Shown here: positions 45,246-54,144 of the stretch, one piece after another
Layout of the letters: each line of letters begins with the position of its first letter
How positions within the stretch are numbered: the stretch's first letter is position 1
Virus record (IMG/VR): IMGVR_UViG_3300005918_000016
DNA length: 64,000 nt
Strand: one strand, 5' to 3'
From: a virus
Taxonomy: Duplodnaviria; Heunggongvirae; Uroviricota; Caudoviricetes
The notes under the pieces: generated by a model
Database searches by the model: none
The model's input: the letters and a program-made list of their open reading frames with translations, nothing else
What the model was told of the DNA's origin: nothing
Program-made: the position numbers and the translations under genes

Positions 45246-46682
45246 ATGAGCTTCCCTACCAAAGCCGAGATCCAAAAGCACCTCCCGGAGTACGTCCGGT
45301 GGGTGGAAGCGACCCACAATCTCTCACAGAAAACGGTCCGGTACTATGTCCAGTGTATCCTAGACCTGATCCAAGACCTGTTAGACGTACCCGCACACCA
45401 GTTCGAAGAAAGGGTGACAACCCGTCTGCAGACCATCCTGACCTTCCAGTCATCCTTTTGGAATGGGCCAGCCGGATTCATGGCCTATTGGCGGAGGACG
45501 GAGGCGTCTCCCTCTCTGAGTCAGAACAATGGAGGAGTTATGAGCTTCCCTACCAAAGCCGAAGTCAAAAAGCACCTTCCGGAATACATCCGGTGGACCG
45601 CTCATAACCGGGGATTGCAGGGGGAGACGATCAAGCACCATCTCCTGTACATCCAGCGATTGATCGATGTGTCCCCAGAACGGTTCACGGAAGAGTGGGT
45701 TGCCCTCAAACAATCGGGGCAGTCTAACTTTGACACAAGCCATTGGTTAGGACAGTCCGGGTTCATGGCCTACTGGAACGAAGCCAAGGGACCGATAGGC
45801 CGGTTGACCACCGAAGACGTCATCAACCTCTTCCCTGAATACCGGACCTGGGTCGACAGACATCATGATCTGAGGGGCCTCAGTTTGGTCAATTTCTGTC
45901 GGTACATCCAAAACGTGATTGGGAAGAGGGGCGTCAGCCAGATGGTCATCGCTCTAGCTTTAAAAACCCAGCCAGAGTGGTACACCGACGCCTGGGAAGG
46001 CCCCAAAGGCTTCCTGACCTTCCTCAAGGAGTACAGCGCCTCAGAGACCCCAACGGAGGACACCTACAATCCGATAGTGACATCAGAAGACAACTTCTCC
46101 CCAAATAAAAAGTTCTATGATGAACAGAACAATCCCTGGGAAACAGCGATGCATCGTGTGGCCCGTTCCTTAAGGATCTATGATAGTGAGAACATGTCCG
46201 CAGAAGTCGTGGCGGACAAGATCCAGGATGTCGTCCAGATCGTGACGAACCGGCCCAACCCGTGGAAGGAAGCGCTCTTGTCCGTGACCAATGCCTTCGG
46301 CTACCCCCCAGAGGGTGACCCCGGACGACCGGCCCGGCAGTTCGCTGGCATGTTCATCCGTCACCTCAAGGGGTCACCGTCGCTGATGCGGGGGCGTACC
46401 TCCCGTGACTGGTTGGCGGCGTTCCGCAAACTGTCAGTCCTGCTGGATGGTGATGATCTGGTGAAGCCCGGAGCGGACCCTGACGACTGTTACACCCTGA
46501 TGGCGAAACTGATCCGGCTGCGGGATGCGGACACCCAGGCCAAGGTGTCGGGCTTCAAGGAAATGCTGACTCAGGCCCTCGCCGCTCGGTACATTGAGAA
46601 AGAGAAAAACACCCTCCCGAGTACCCCCGTGGACGACCTACTCAGGAAATTGTCCCAGATCCCGACGACTCCCGAAGCCTGA
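45246..46682 (+). CDS. tandem integrase-N/SAM-like repeat protein (3 repeats), paralog family
   Basis: Repeats LPEY(V/I)RW...GF(M/L)(A/T)(Y/F)W. GAGTAG at 45201. Confidence 0.5.
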   Translation: MSFPTKAEIQKHLPEYVRWVEATHNLSQKTVRYYVQCILDLIQDLLDVPAHQFEERVTTRLQTILTFQSSFWNGPAGFMAYWRRTEASPSLSQNNGGVMSFPTKAEVKKHLPEYIRWTAHNRGLQGETIKHHLLYIQRLIDVSPERFTEEWVALKQSGQSNFDTSHWLGQSGFMAYWNEAKGPIGRLTTEDVINLFPEYRTWVDRHHDLRGLSLVNFCRYIQNVIGKRGVSQMVIALALKTQPEWYTDAWEGPKGFLTFLKEYSASETPTEDTYNPIVTSEDNFSPNKKFYDEQNNPWETAMHRVARSLRIYDSENMSAEVVADKIQDVVQIVTNRPNPWKEALLSVTNAFGYPPEGDPGRPARQFAGMFIRHLKGSPSLMRGRTSRDWLAAFRKLSVLLDGDDLVKPGADPDDCYTLMAKLIRLRDADTQAKVSGFKEMLTQALAARYIEKEKNTLPSTPVDDLLRKLSQIPTTPEA

Positions 46683-47151
46683 TCGTCCGCCCGGACCAGC
46701 GAGGTTCCTTTCTGTTCGGGTTTTTGCACTCAAAGTGATGGAGATCCTCAAGGAACATCCATCCTTCGGCAGTTGTGAGGTAGTCGAAGTTCAGCAGCCT
46801 CACAGCCTCAGTTTTTGCACACAGGTCTACTGCCAGGACGGAATGGGAACCGTACCGTTTGTGCCACACGTTGATCTCACAGGGGAGATCCTTGGTGCCC
46901 ATGAACGAGGGCCACACAGGCTCCTCCACGAACTCCAGTCCGAAACGGTCCAGGGCAGCCTGGATGCCATTAGCGGTTCCGTAACGGCAGCCTGTGAGAT
47001 CAACCAGTTCCTCGTACTCCTCGGGGGACACGACCTGCCCCGTCCAGTAGGTGTGGGCGTTGGTCACGGTGATTAGTTGGCAGTCTTGACCAACAGCGTT
47101 CTCCTGCCGGAACTTTTTCCAGAGGGCCTTCGTGATCCGCTTAGACATCAA
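46642..47151 (-). CDS. hypothetical protein
   Basis: ORF. Confidence 0.4.
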   Translation of the reverse strand: MMSKRITKALWKKFRQENAVGQDCQLITVTNAHTYWTGQVVSPEEYEELVDLTGCRYGTANGIQAALDRFGLEFVEEPVWPSFMGTKDLPCEINVWHKRYGSHSVLAVDLCAKTEAVRLLNFDYLTTAEGWMFLEDLHHFECKNPNRKEPRWSGRTIRLRESSGSGTIS

Positions 47152-47214
47152 TTGCTCCTAAGAAAACATTTGACAAGGAGGGACAATTCGTGTGTTCTTT
47201 AGGTGCTTATCGCT

Positions 47215-47251
47215 GTCGCATCTTCTGAAAAGAATATGCGTGGATTGAAAC
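47215..47251 (+). CRISPR. solitary CRISPR-like repeat unit GTCGCATCTTCTGAAAAGAATATGCGTGGATTGAAAC
   Basis: 37 nt; 3' handle identical; stem variant retained. TTGACA at 47170 lies 40 nt upstream. Confidence 0.7.
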
Positions 47252-47254
47252 GGC

Positions 47255-47482
47255 CTAGAGGACATAGGGTTCTCCCGCCGGGGGTAGGATCTCGTACAGG
47301 TAGTGAACGTCCGGTTTGCCGTCCGTTTTGGAAGCGCAGGATGCCAGGACTCGGAACTCCAAGGGGGTAGGCTTCCGCATGAGCACCACCCGCCAGGCAA
47401 ACAGCGCTTCGGCCTCTTCTGTTTCATACACGATCTTCCACAGATCTTTACCAAGCTCCATCGCTGCTAGTGGTGTCTTCAT
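47255..47482 (-). CDS. small hypothetical protein (76 aa)
   Basis: Ends 4 nt from the solitary repeat. Confidence 0.35.
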   Translation of the reverse strand: MKTPLAAMELGKDLWKIVYETEEAEALFAWRVVLMRKPTPLEFRVLASCASKTDGKPDVHYLYEILPPAGEPYVL

Positions 47483-47546
47483 CGGTCCCCTCCGTTCTGT
47501 AAGTCTACTCCGTAACACCGGGCAAGGGCACAATCGGAGACCCTCA

Positions 47547-47574
47547 GAGATCATCAAGGGTGCGATTGGAGTAG
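47547..47574 (+). promoter_or_regulatory. GAGATCATC-N13-GAGTAG motif
   Basis: 13-nt spacer; AAGGAGAG; ATG at 47611. Confidence 0.5.
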
Positions 47575-47610
47575 AGCTTGTGTGGATGGAACTTGAAGGA
47601 GAGTTGACTA

Positions 47611-48540
47611 ATGGCAACGCATATTTTCTACCACTCCGCAGACCTGGACGGGCATTGCGGCGGGGCCGTCTGTTCAAAGGCCCTTCCTGGCTCTATTCTG
47701 CATCCCATTGACCACGGGGACGACTTTCCCCATAACGACATCCTGACGAGGGATACCGTTGTCCTTGTGGACTGGACCCCTCCCGCTCAGGATTTCATAC
47801 GCCTCGCTGGGAAACTGGACTGGCACCCCGAGAGAATCATCTGGCTCGACCATCACGAGCCCAATATCCAGGAGATCGTCAAAACAGTGCAGAGCAAGGG
47901 AAAGGACGCCACCGTCTTCCAGGGCAACGCTTTACACTTCGATGACGGCCTCTCCGGTTGCGAAAAGGCGTGGGTACATTTCTTCCCCGGAAAGCCGATG
48001 CCCTACACCGTGCGGATGCTTGGCCGCTACGATGTTTGGGATCACGAGGATCCCGAAGTCCTCCCTTTCCAGTACGGGATGAAGGCGGAGGAAGAGACTG
48101 ATCCTCACAAGAACCCCTGGCTCTGGAAGGGCCTTCTGATCTATTGCGGAGAACTCGAGCCCAAGATCCTCCGTGCGGGGAACGCCATCTCGAAATACGT
48201 CCAGGCCCAGAATCACAAGTTGGCTCGGGCGTGTGCTTTGGACATCCGATGGAAGGACCAGGACTGGCTTGCCATCAATGCCCCCCTGTCCAACTCCAAG
48301 GTAGTGGACGGACTCTGGAAGGACAACCACGTAGGGGTCTTGGTCTTCGCCTTCCACGGTTCTCGGAACAAATGGAAGGTCACTCTTTTTCGCAATCCGC
48401 TCCGTGACGACATCTCCATGGCCGCTATCGCTAAGAGCATGGGAGGGGGCGGTCACGACGGGGCCGCTGGGTTCTGGTGCGACGCTCTGCCTGACTGGAC
48501 AGTGGCCGAAGCAATCTCTGTGACCAGGGATGGGCGGTAA
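47611..48540 (+). CDS. DHH/DHHA1-family phosphoesterase (NrnA/RecJ-like)
   Basis: HSADLDGHCGG (DHH motif I), VLVD, IIWLDHHE (motif III) and GGGHDGAAGF (DHHA1 GGGH). Confidence 0.7.
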   Translation: MATHIFYHSADLDGHCGGAVCSKALPGSILHPIDHGDDFPHNDILTRDTVVLVDWTPPAQDFIRLAGKLDWHPERIIWLDHHEPNIQEIVKTVQSKGKDATVFQGNALHFDDGLSGCEKAWVHFFPGKPMPYTVRMLGRYDVWDHEDPEVLPFQYGMKAEEETDPHKNPWLWKGLLIYCGELEPKILRAGNAISKYVQAQNHKLARACALDIRWKDQDWLAINAPLSNSKVVDGLWKDNHVGVLVFAFHGSRNKWKVTLFRNPLRDDISMAAIAKSMGGGGHDGAAGFWCDALPDWTVAEAISVTRDGR

Positions 48541-48543
48541 CTC

Positions 48544-48897
48544 ATGAGCATTGCGCTAGACGGATTGAAACTGCGAGTAAGGGTTCAATGCGATCTTTGC
48601 GGGAAACTGGTGACAAATAAGGATGTCCAACTAAGCAGGACAACGGTACAACAAAAAACGGAGGAGGAGTGGGCCGAACTCCTCAAACATCGTTGCATAC
48701 ACTGTGGAAGGCACTACTGTGCGGCTTGTGAGGGAGCTTCCCTCCCGGACTACCCCCATCTAGGTCTCTGCCAGAAATGCAAAGAGGACGGGTTGTTTTG
48801 GCGTTTCAGCAGACAAAACTACAGACCCCGCTGTATGTTGGGCCTGTACAAAAGGGGCGACCCCATGTTCCTGATGAAACTTAAGGTAGAGGACTAA
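48544..48897 (+). CDS. zinc-ribbon protein
   Basis: CDLCG...CIHCG...CAAC...CQKC. Confidence 0.4.
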   Translation: MSIALDGLKLRVRVQCDLCGKLVTNKDVQLSRTTVQQKTEEEWAELLKHRCIHCGRHYCAACEGASLPDYPHLGLCQKCKEDGLFWRFSRQNYRPRCMLGLYKRGDPMFLMKLKVED

Positions 48898-48966
48898 TAG
48901 GGGGGTAAAATCAGGACCATGATCTACCCCCTTGATGAGTACAGCAAGGACGTCACTGTCAAGGCG

Positions 48967-48994
48967 CTAGGTCATCAGGGTACGCTTGGAGTAG
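48967..48994 (+). promoter_or_regulatory. degenerate motif (..GGTCATC..-GAGTAG), near-copy of the 47547 instance
   Basis: GAGTAGAGCTTGT tail shared with 47569-47581; GAGAGGAG; ATG at 49018. Confidence 0.35.
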
Positions 48995-49017
48995 AGCTTG
49001 TAACGAGAGGAGCTGAC

Positions 49018-49467
49018 ATGAGAGTACACACGGAAGACGGTTGGTTCCATATGTCGGCGGATGGGACCTATCCCAAAATGTCCGGCAAATGGCTCTTCTT
49101 CGGTCCGAGCATGGGTCGACTAGTGGAGGTGGCCGAAAAGGAGCTGTCAGAAGGCCTCTTCCATCTGGCAAAGGTAAGTACCACGACCAGACGGGGCGAC
49201 TATGTCCTGTATCTCTACGCTGAAACGGAAGACCGAGCACAGGGCGCTCGGCTGAAAGAGATCTATGACGGACCGCAAGGGATCAAATTTAGATGGTGGA
49301 AATCGGAAGAGGCCACAAGGAAACAGCAGACCCCTATACCGTCAACAGGAGGCAACGTGATGCGGTCCATCTGGGCCGATCGTTACATCCCCGACTGGGT
49401 AATCGACAGGCACCCCGACGAGGGCCTCCTGACATACGATGACATCTACGGGGACGGTGATTTCTGA
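49018..49467 (+). CDS. hypothetical protein (the alternative upstream ATG at 48919 would add a 33-aa leader that contains the motif)
   Basis: RBS GAGAGGAG before the ATG at 49018. Confidence 0.4.
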   Translation: MRVHTEDGWFHMSADGTYPKMSGKWLFFGPSMGRLVEVAEKELSEGLFHLAKVSTTTRRGDYVLYLYAETEDRAQGARLKEIYDGPQGIKFRWWKSEEATRKQQTPIPSTGGNVMRSIWADRYIPDWVIDRHPDEGLLTYDDIYGDGDF

Positions 49468-49558
49468 TGGCCTTTCCCATTGATGAGTACAGCAAAGACG
49501 TCACCATCAAGGCCCTGGCTACACCAGGGGACATTCTCACGGTCTGTTTACCTAATGG

Positions 49559-50671
49559 TTACCCAGAACCGGCATAAACCGGCAGAGGATTTGGTAGTAA
49601 ACGGAGACCATAGACTCCCGCCAACCCAAGAAGCTCCAAGTTCTTGGCAGCATTGAGGTCGGCATGTTCGGAATGCCCACAATGCACACACTTGAACTTG
49701 TCCCCTCTCCGATTTCGCCTGTCCCATCTACGGCATACTCGACAGAACTGCGAGGTTTTCCAGGGGTTCTTCCGTTCCAGCCGGACCCCCTCTTCCTCAC
49801 ATTTCCGTTCAATGAGATCCGCCGTATAGGCATAAAGCCAATGAGACAACCGCCTATTAAACCGACGAGGAAACTTTCCCCGTGTACCACGTTTCACATG
49901 TTTCAGGTCCTCGATGCACAGCTCTTGGACACCACTCAAATCAAGAGACTTGAGGGCGTGACCGACCACCGATTTGATATAGGTTCTTGTGTGCTTCCTG
50001 CGACGTCCAAATTGTTGGATAAGGGCATATGGTTCATCTGCGATCTGTTGGCCATCAGAGAAGACAAGACCAGCCTTGTAGTTGGAATCCATCCCGAGGA
50101 TTTTTCCGATCTTCCGCTTGGGGGCTTTGGGCTTCTCCAGCAAGAGGTCTATGTAGAGATCGTCGTTTCTACGACCGAGCCGAATAGACTTGCTGATCTT
50201 CCAGCCGTTACTGAGCATCTTGTTGATGTGTGCGGTGCTCTTTGTAGGAATGACCACTCGGGGGGCTCCAGAGCCGATCAGTTTGATAGCGTAATCGAAT
50301 GCCCCATCGAACTCCGAAACGGTTACGAAATGCGAGCACAGTGTGGCTGTGTGTCTACGAAGACTAGGTTTCCTGTGCTTGTTGGCGTGGGCAGATCGGA
50401 CCGTTTCCTTCGCTTGTTTGGCAAGGGCTTGAGCAAGTCGGGTCGTGATTTTGAACCTGTCTCGTCCTCGATGTACTGTAGGGAGGTCTGCGAGAGTAGC
50501 CGAGAAGTCCTTTCGTTGCCAAAAGAGATCTACAAAGTACTGCGTGGTGTCGTGGCACAATCGCAGAAAATCTACAAGTTCGTCCCGCTTTCCTGTGTTC
50601 AGATCGTTGATGAAGATGCGACTGGAGCGTCGCATAGTAGGGACAGAGAAGGTCTTGTGCGCCTTACGCAT
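49559..50671 (-). CDS. tnpB: TnpB (RuvC-like, zinc finger)
   Basis: ILGMDSN, CIEDL, CRVCRR...CVHCG and HADLNAAKNL motifs. Confidence 0.8.
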   Translation of the reverse strand: MRKAHKTFSVPTMRRSSRIFINDLNTGKRDELVDFLRLCHDTTQYFVDLFWQRKDFSATLADLPTVHRGRDRFKITTRLAQALAKQAKETVRSAHANKHRKPSLRRHTATLCSHFVTVSEFDGAFDYAIKLIGSGAPRVVIPTKSTAHINKMLSNGWKISKSIRLGRRNDDLYIDLLLEKPKAPKRKIGKILGMDSNYKAGLVFSDGQQIADEPYALIQQFGRRRKHTRTYIKSVVGHALKSLDLSGVQELCIEDLKHVKRGTRGKFPRRFNRRLSHWLYAYTADLIERKCEEEGVRLERKNPWKTSQFCRVCRRWDRRNRRGDKFKCVHCGHSEHADLNAAKNLELLGLAGVYGLRLLPNPLPVYAGSG

Positions 50672-51280
50672 CTACTTTTTCTTCTCCAGCGCTTGGATTG
50701 CTGCTTCTGTCTTCTTCCTGCCTCGTCGCTGCCCGTAAAGACGAGCACAGAAGGACGTTATGATGGCCACGAGGTCTTCCATAAGATCGGAGGTCTTGTC
50801 TTCAGCGACGTTGACGACTTCGATCCGAAACGGCGCAAGGGCTACGAACCAGCGGAAACCGAATCGAGTGAGCCTGTCTTTGTGCTCTACAAGAAGCACA
50901 TCGAAATCCTTAGCAGCCAGAAGCCGGTGGAGTTTTCGTCGCTCGTCGTTAATGCCAGAGCCGATTTCTGTGACCACCTGAACAATTTGCCAGCCTTTTG
51001 CTGTAGCATACCGACGGAGCCCATCAACTTGCGAAGCCAGTGCTGCCTTGTTCTCAGATGAAGATTCCCTTGCGTAGATAGCGCACCGACACTCTGTCGT
51101 CTTCGGGGTCACTCCTGCCTGTTCTTCGACCCACCATGTGGGGATAAACCAGCGTCCAGTGTCGGACCGGATAGCAGGTATTTCTCCCTTGGCGGCTCTT
51201 CTACGAAGAGCTACTCCTTGAAGACCAAGGAGTTTGGCTGCCACCGACGCACGAACTCGAAGTGGTTTTTCATCCCTCAT
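50672..51280 (-). CDS. tnpA: IS607-type TnpA serine recombinase
   Basis: N-terminal HTH; CAIYARESS catalytic-Ser region; resolvase-like core. Confidence 0.75.
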   Translation of the reverse strand: MRDEKPLRVRASVAAKLLGLQGVALRRRAAKGEIPAIRSDTGRWFIPTWWVEEQAGVTPKTTECRCAIYARESSSENKAALASQVDGLRRYATAKGWQIVQVVTEIGSGINDERRKLHRLLAAKDFDVLLVEHKDRLTRFGFRWFVALAPFRIEVVNVAEDKTSDLMEDLVAIITSFCARLYGQRRGRKKTEAAIQALEKKK

Positions 51281-51299
51281 ACGGACAACATAGGCCCGA

Positions 51300-51617
51300 T
51301 TGTGCCAAAAGTCAAGGAACTTTTATAATGCTTTCGTCCTGCGCCCGTGCTCGCACTGTCAGGGACAACACACCGAGACCGTCCGGGGCGTCGAGTTCCG
51401 GTGCGTCCATTGCCAGTTTGGGAAGGAAGAAAGCAACCTGAGCAACCAGCCCATTCAGGTCATCGTCCAGGAGGTCAGAATGAAGGCTGGGGGACGAACC
51501 ACCTACCTCATCGGACTGGCCGAGGGAGGCCGTTTGGCTAACGAGGGGATCATCTGTGATGGCTTCCTGAGCGAAGCCCTGGAGAAGGCCAAAAACTACC
51601 AAGAGGGGACTGGATGA
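51300..51617 (+). CDS. zinc-ribbon ORF starting (TTG) at the IS boundary; possibly the distal part of an interrupted gene
   Basis: CSHCQG...CVHCQFG. Confidence 0.25.
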   Translation: MCQKSRNFYNAFVLRPCSHCQGQHTETVRGVEFRCVHCQFGKEESNLSNQPIQVIVQEVRMKAGGRTTYLIGLAEGGRLANEGIICDGFLSEALEKAKNYQEGTG

Positions 51618-52028
51618 CTGAATCAACTTCGATGTGGACCCTGCACCCAAAGTGCCCGTTCTGTGACGCCCCGCTAAGAAGCCTCCTGAGAAGCTTCCTG
51701 ACATTTTTCCATCGGGAGCTACGAGTGTGGCTCCCGATGGAACGACTCACACCTTGTCCGGTCCTACGCTTGCACCGAGATTTCACTCTTCCAGGGTGCC
51801 TTCCACCTCGCCGTGGCCGAAGCAGGAACCTCAGCCCAAGACTACCTAGAAGCGACCCGTCACCTGGACGAGTTCATGGAGGACGTGGTCTACACCCCGA
51901 ACATGAGGCAACTAGACTGCCGTATTGATTGCAGACCCGTGCCGGGGGAAGCCCGGCGGGAAGGAGCGACACCGATGGGCTGGCACTAGGAAAAGCATGC
52001 ACCTCGAACAACAAACCACAGAACTGGA

Positions 52029-52056
52029 GAGATCATTCAGGGCACCAGCCGAGTAG
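52029..52056 (+). promoter_or_regulatory. GAGATCATT-N13-GAGTAG motif variant
   Basis: 13-nt spacer. A 12-codon mini-ORF comes first, then the ATG at 52120. Confidence 0.4.
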
Positions 52057-52119
52057 AGGGAGTAACGGATGCTCCATGCTGCTGTGGGGCCAGGAACGGA
52101 AACGTGAGCGAGACACGGC

Positions 52120-52344
52120 ATGAAACTTTGGGTCAAACAACGGGTCCGGCTCAGGAAAGGCGTAGACGGCCCTCCTTGCCGTGTAGGAACCGTCATCTCC
52201 GTGGAGCGAGGCGGTGCCCTGGTCAAACACGATCAAGCCACTGACATGGGCGACATTTTTGGGCTTTGGGAAAACTTCGGATGGATGGCCTCGGAACTTG
52301 AACCCCTATTACAGGAGGTGCCCCGTGGGCCGACCCAAACGTGA
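52120..52344 (+). CDS. hypothetical protein
   Basis: ORF after the motif. Confidence 0.4.
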   Translation: MKLWVKQRVRLRKGVDGPPCRVGTVISVERGGALVKHDQATDMGDIFGLWENFGWMASELEPLLQEVPRGPTQT

Positions 52345-52564
52345 GAGGTACAGTCGGGAGCGGGAGATCCAGCGTCTCCTGGACGCTGCGGAGGATGAGT
52401 TCGGGGATCTGCTCGGCCCTGCGATGGCCAACAGGGTGCTCTGGGCCAAGTATCGCAAGCGCATGCGGGCACGCCTGATCAAGTTCGGTCAGGGCGAGCG
52501 GAACAAGCTGGCCACACAATATGACAACGTCTGCAAAGCCTGGAATCATCCGGGGAGGTTCTAG
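52325..52564 (+). CDS. hypothetical basic protein (GTG start after GGAGG; the longer ORF begins at 52214)
   Basis: RBS GGAGG 8 nt before GTG. Confidence 0.3.
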   Translation: MGRPKRERYSREREIQRLLDAAEDEFGDLLGPAMANRVLWAKYRKRMRARLIKFGQGERNKLATQYDNVCKAWNHPGRF

Positions 52565-52959
52565 TGAAAGCGTACAAGGTCGTCCAACGCCACGGGGACA
52601 AACGAGTGAGCCTCTTCATGGGTGTCCCTGGGTGGCAGACCTTTTACCCAGTGAAGAAATGGGCCGAGGCTCGCTCGGGGGGTCTCTTCGTATTCGACAC
52701 CTACACCAACGCTGCTGTCTTCGCTCAGGCCAACGACTTTCGGATGCCCGAGATCTGGGAGTGTGAGGTAGAGGACCGATGCCTCACTGTCATGAGCATC
52801 CCCTACATGTCAATTTTATGTACAGCAGCGGACTTTGAGTGCTTCTGGGGGGGCACATACGGCCACGCCCTGATGCCCGTCCCCAAGGGTACGCTGCTGT
52901 TTCAACGGGTCAAGCTCACCCAAAAGATGCCCAACCCGGCCCAAAAGGAAGCAGCATGA
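52564..52959 (+). CDS. AYKVV/GLFVF family protein
   Basis: MKAYKVV...GLFVFDT...VPKGTLLFQRVKLTQKM. Confidence 0.5.
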   Translation: MKAYKVVQRHGDKRVSLFMGVPGWQTFYPVKKWAEARSGGLFVFDTYTNAAVFAQANDFRMPEIWECEVEDRCLTVMSIPYMSILCTAADFECFWGGTYGHALMPVPKGTLLFQRVKLTQKMPNPAQKEAA

Positions 52960-53351
52960 TTGCTTACAAGGTCGTCCGGGTCACAGGTCACCTCTGGTGG
53001 AGGAAACGCCTTTCGGTCGTTATTAACAACCCTGACTGGCAGATGGAGTACAAACCTGACGAATGGGCCAAAGCGAAAACGGGCGGCTTGTTCGTGTTCA
53101 AAAGTTTGCCAGCAGCACGGATTTTTTCCAAGAACTCACATGGGTGTAAACAGAGCATCGAAATCTGGCGGTGCAAGGTTGCCAAACCAAGGTTCGTGCC
53201 TCCTCAGATCATGCCCCTTACGAAAAGATCAATCCTGTTACAGGAGTTCTGGCTCACCCCGGATCACCCGAAGTGGCCCTGGCTCTTGAACACACCCTGC
53301 GGAACGGCACTGTACGACCGGGTGATGCTTCTGAGAAGGATGCGAAGATGA
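52956..53351 (+). CDS. AYKVV/GLFVF family protein
   Basis: MIAYKVV...GLFVFKS...TALYDRVMLLRRM; ATGA overlap. Confidence 0.5.
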   Translation: MIAYKVVRVTGHLWWRKRLSVVINNPDWQMEYKPDEWAKAKTGGLFVFKSLPAARIFSKNSHGCKQSIEIWRCKVAKPRFVPPQIMPLTKRSILLQEFWLTPDHPKWPWLLNTPCGTALYDRVMLLRRMRR

Positions 53352-53830
53352 TCAACTACACGCACGTCTTCGTTGTGGACACGGAACAGTACTCGGGCAA
53401 CTTCGAGCGATCCCTTGTTGCCTGGATGACAGGTCGGATCGGGGACTGCAGCGTGGGTGACGAAGAAGCGACAATGGCCATAGAGGATATGTCCTCTGAG
53501 TTGTACGATTGGTTTGCAAACCACGTGGTCAGCGTGCCTGACGACCACGGTTGTGCCCGTCCCGCAGCGACCTACCCGACCCCCGGCTGGTTCAACAGCG
53601 GACATGGGACACACTGGAAGGAGGACGCTGACCCCGAGGAGGTCCGTGTAGCCCACGAGAAGTCCGTCCGAAAGACCTACGAGGGCTACATGGGCATCCG
53701 GGCGTGGACCATCTTGCCACCGATGTTAGCCCTAGCTGTAGATTTCATCTACGTGGCGCTGCTCGTCCACTATTATTCGGTACGAATAGAACTCGCCGCT
53801 CTTCGGCGGACACACAAACCTGGAGGATGA
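53348..53830 (+). CDS. hypothetical protein with C-terminal TM helix
   Basis: ATGA overlap. Confidence 0.4.
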   Translation: MINYTHVFVVDTEQYSGNFERSLVAWMTGRIGDCSVGDEEATMAIEDMSSELYDWFANHVVSVPDDHGCARPAATYPTPGWFNSGHGTHWKEDADPEEVRVAHEKSVRKTYEGYMGIRAWTILPPMLALAVDFIYVALLVHYYSVRIELAALRRTHKPGG

Positions 53831-54144
53831 CAATGAAAAGTCACGAAACGATCATCGTCGAACAAACGGTCTCGGACGGGGACTCGGGCTGGATTCACGG
53901 GATGATGACTACCGTCATCCGTTTCATTGTGCCCGAGTTGGACAACCTCGCAATCACCGTTCACAAGGACAGGCTGTACATACTCACCGGCTTCGACCTG
54001 AAGGAGGCACCCGACACCAAGGTCGTGGGGCACTGCCAGCTTCCCGCCGAGACGGTCAACAAAGCCCTGGCCTATGCTGATGCCAAAAAGGAAATCATCA
54101 AAATCCTACAGCCCCTTGTGGATGAGCACATCACCGTTCCTTAA
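53827..54144 (+). CDS. hypothetical protein
   Basis: ATGA overlap. Confidence 0.4.
   Translation: MTMKSHETIIVEQTVSDGDSGWIHGMMTTVIRFIVPELDNLAITVHKDRLYILTGFDLKEAPDTKVVGHCQLPAETVNKALAYADAKKEIIKILQPLVDEHITVP

Larger units (their letters stand above)
49480..51300 (-). mobile_element. second IS607-family element (tnpA plus tnpB, distinct lineage from the 33200-35506 copy); boundaries approximate
   Basis: Adjacent tnpA/tnpB on the minus strand; inserted just downstream of a duplicated 45-nt gene-start segment. Confidence 0.65.

Noticed and set aside
47316-47711. Track ORF 47316-47711 reading through the 47547-47574 motif
   Set aside because: It is antisense to 47255-47482 and spans a promoter motif, an RBS and the start of the DHH gene; composition is junk-like.
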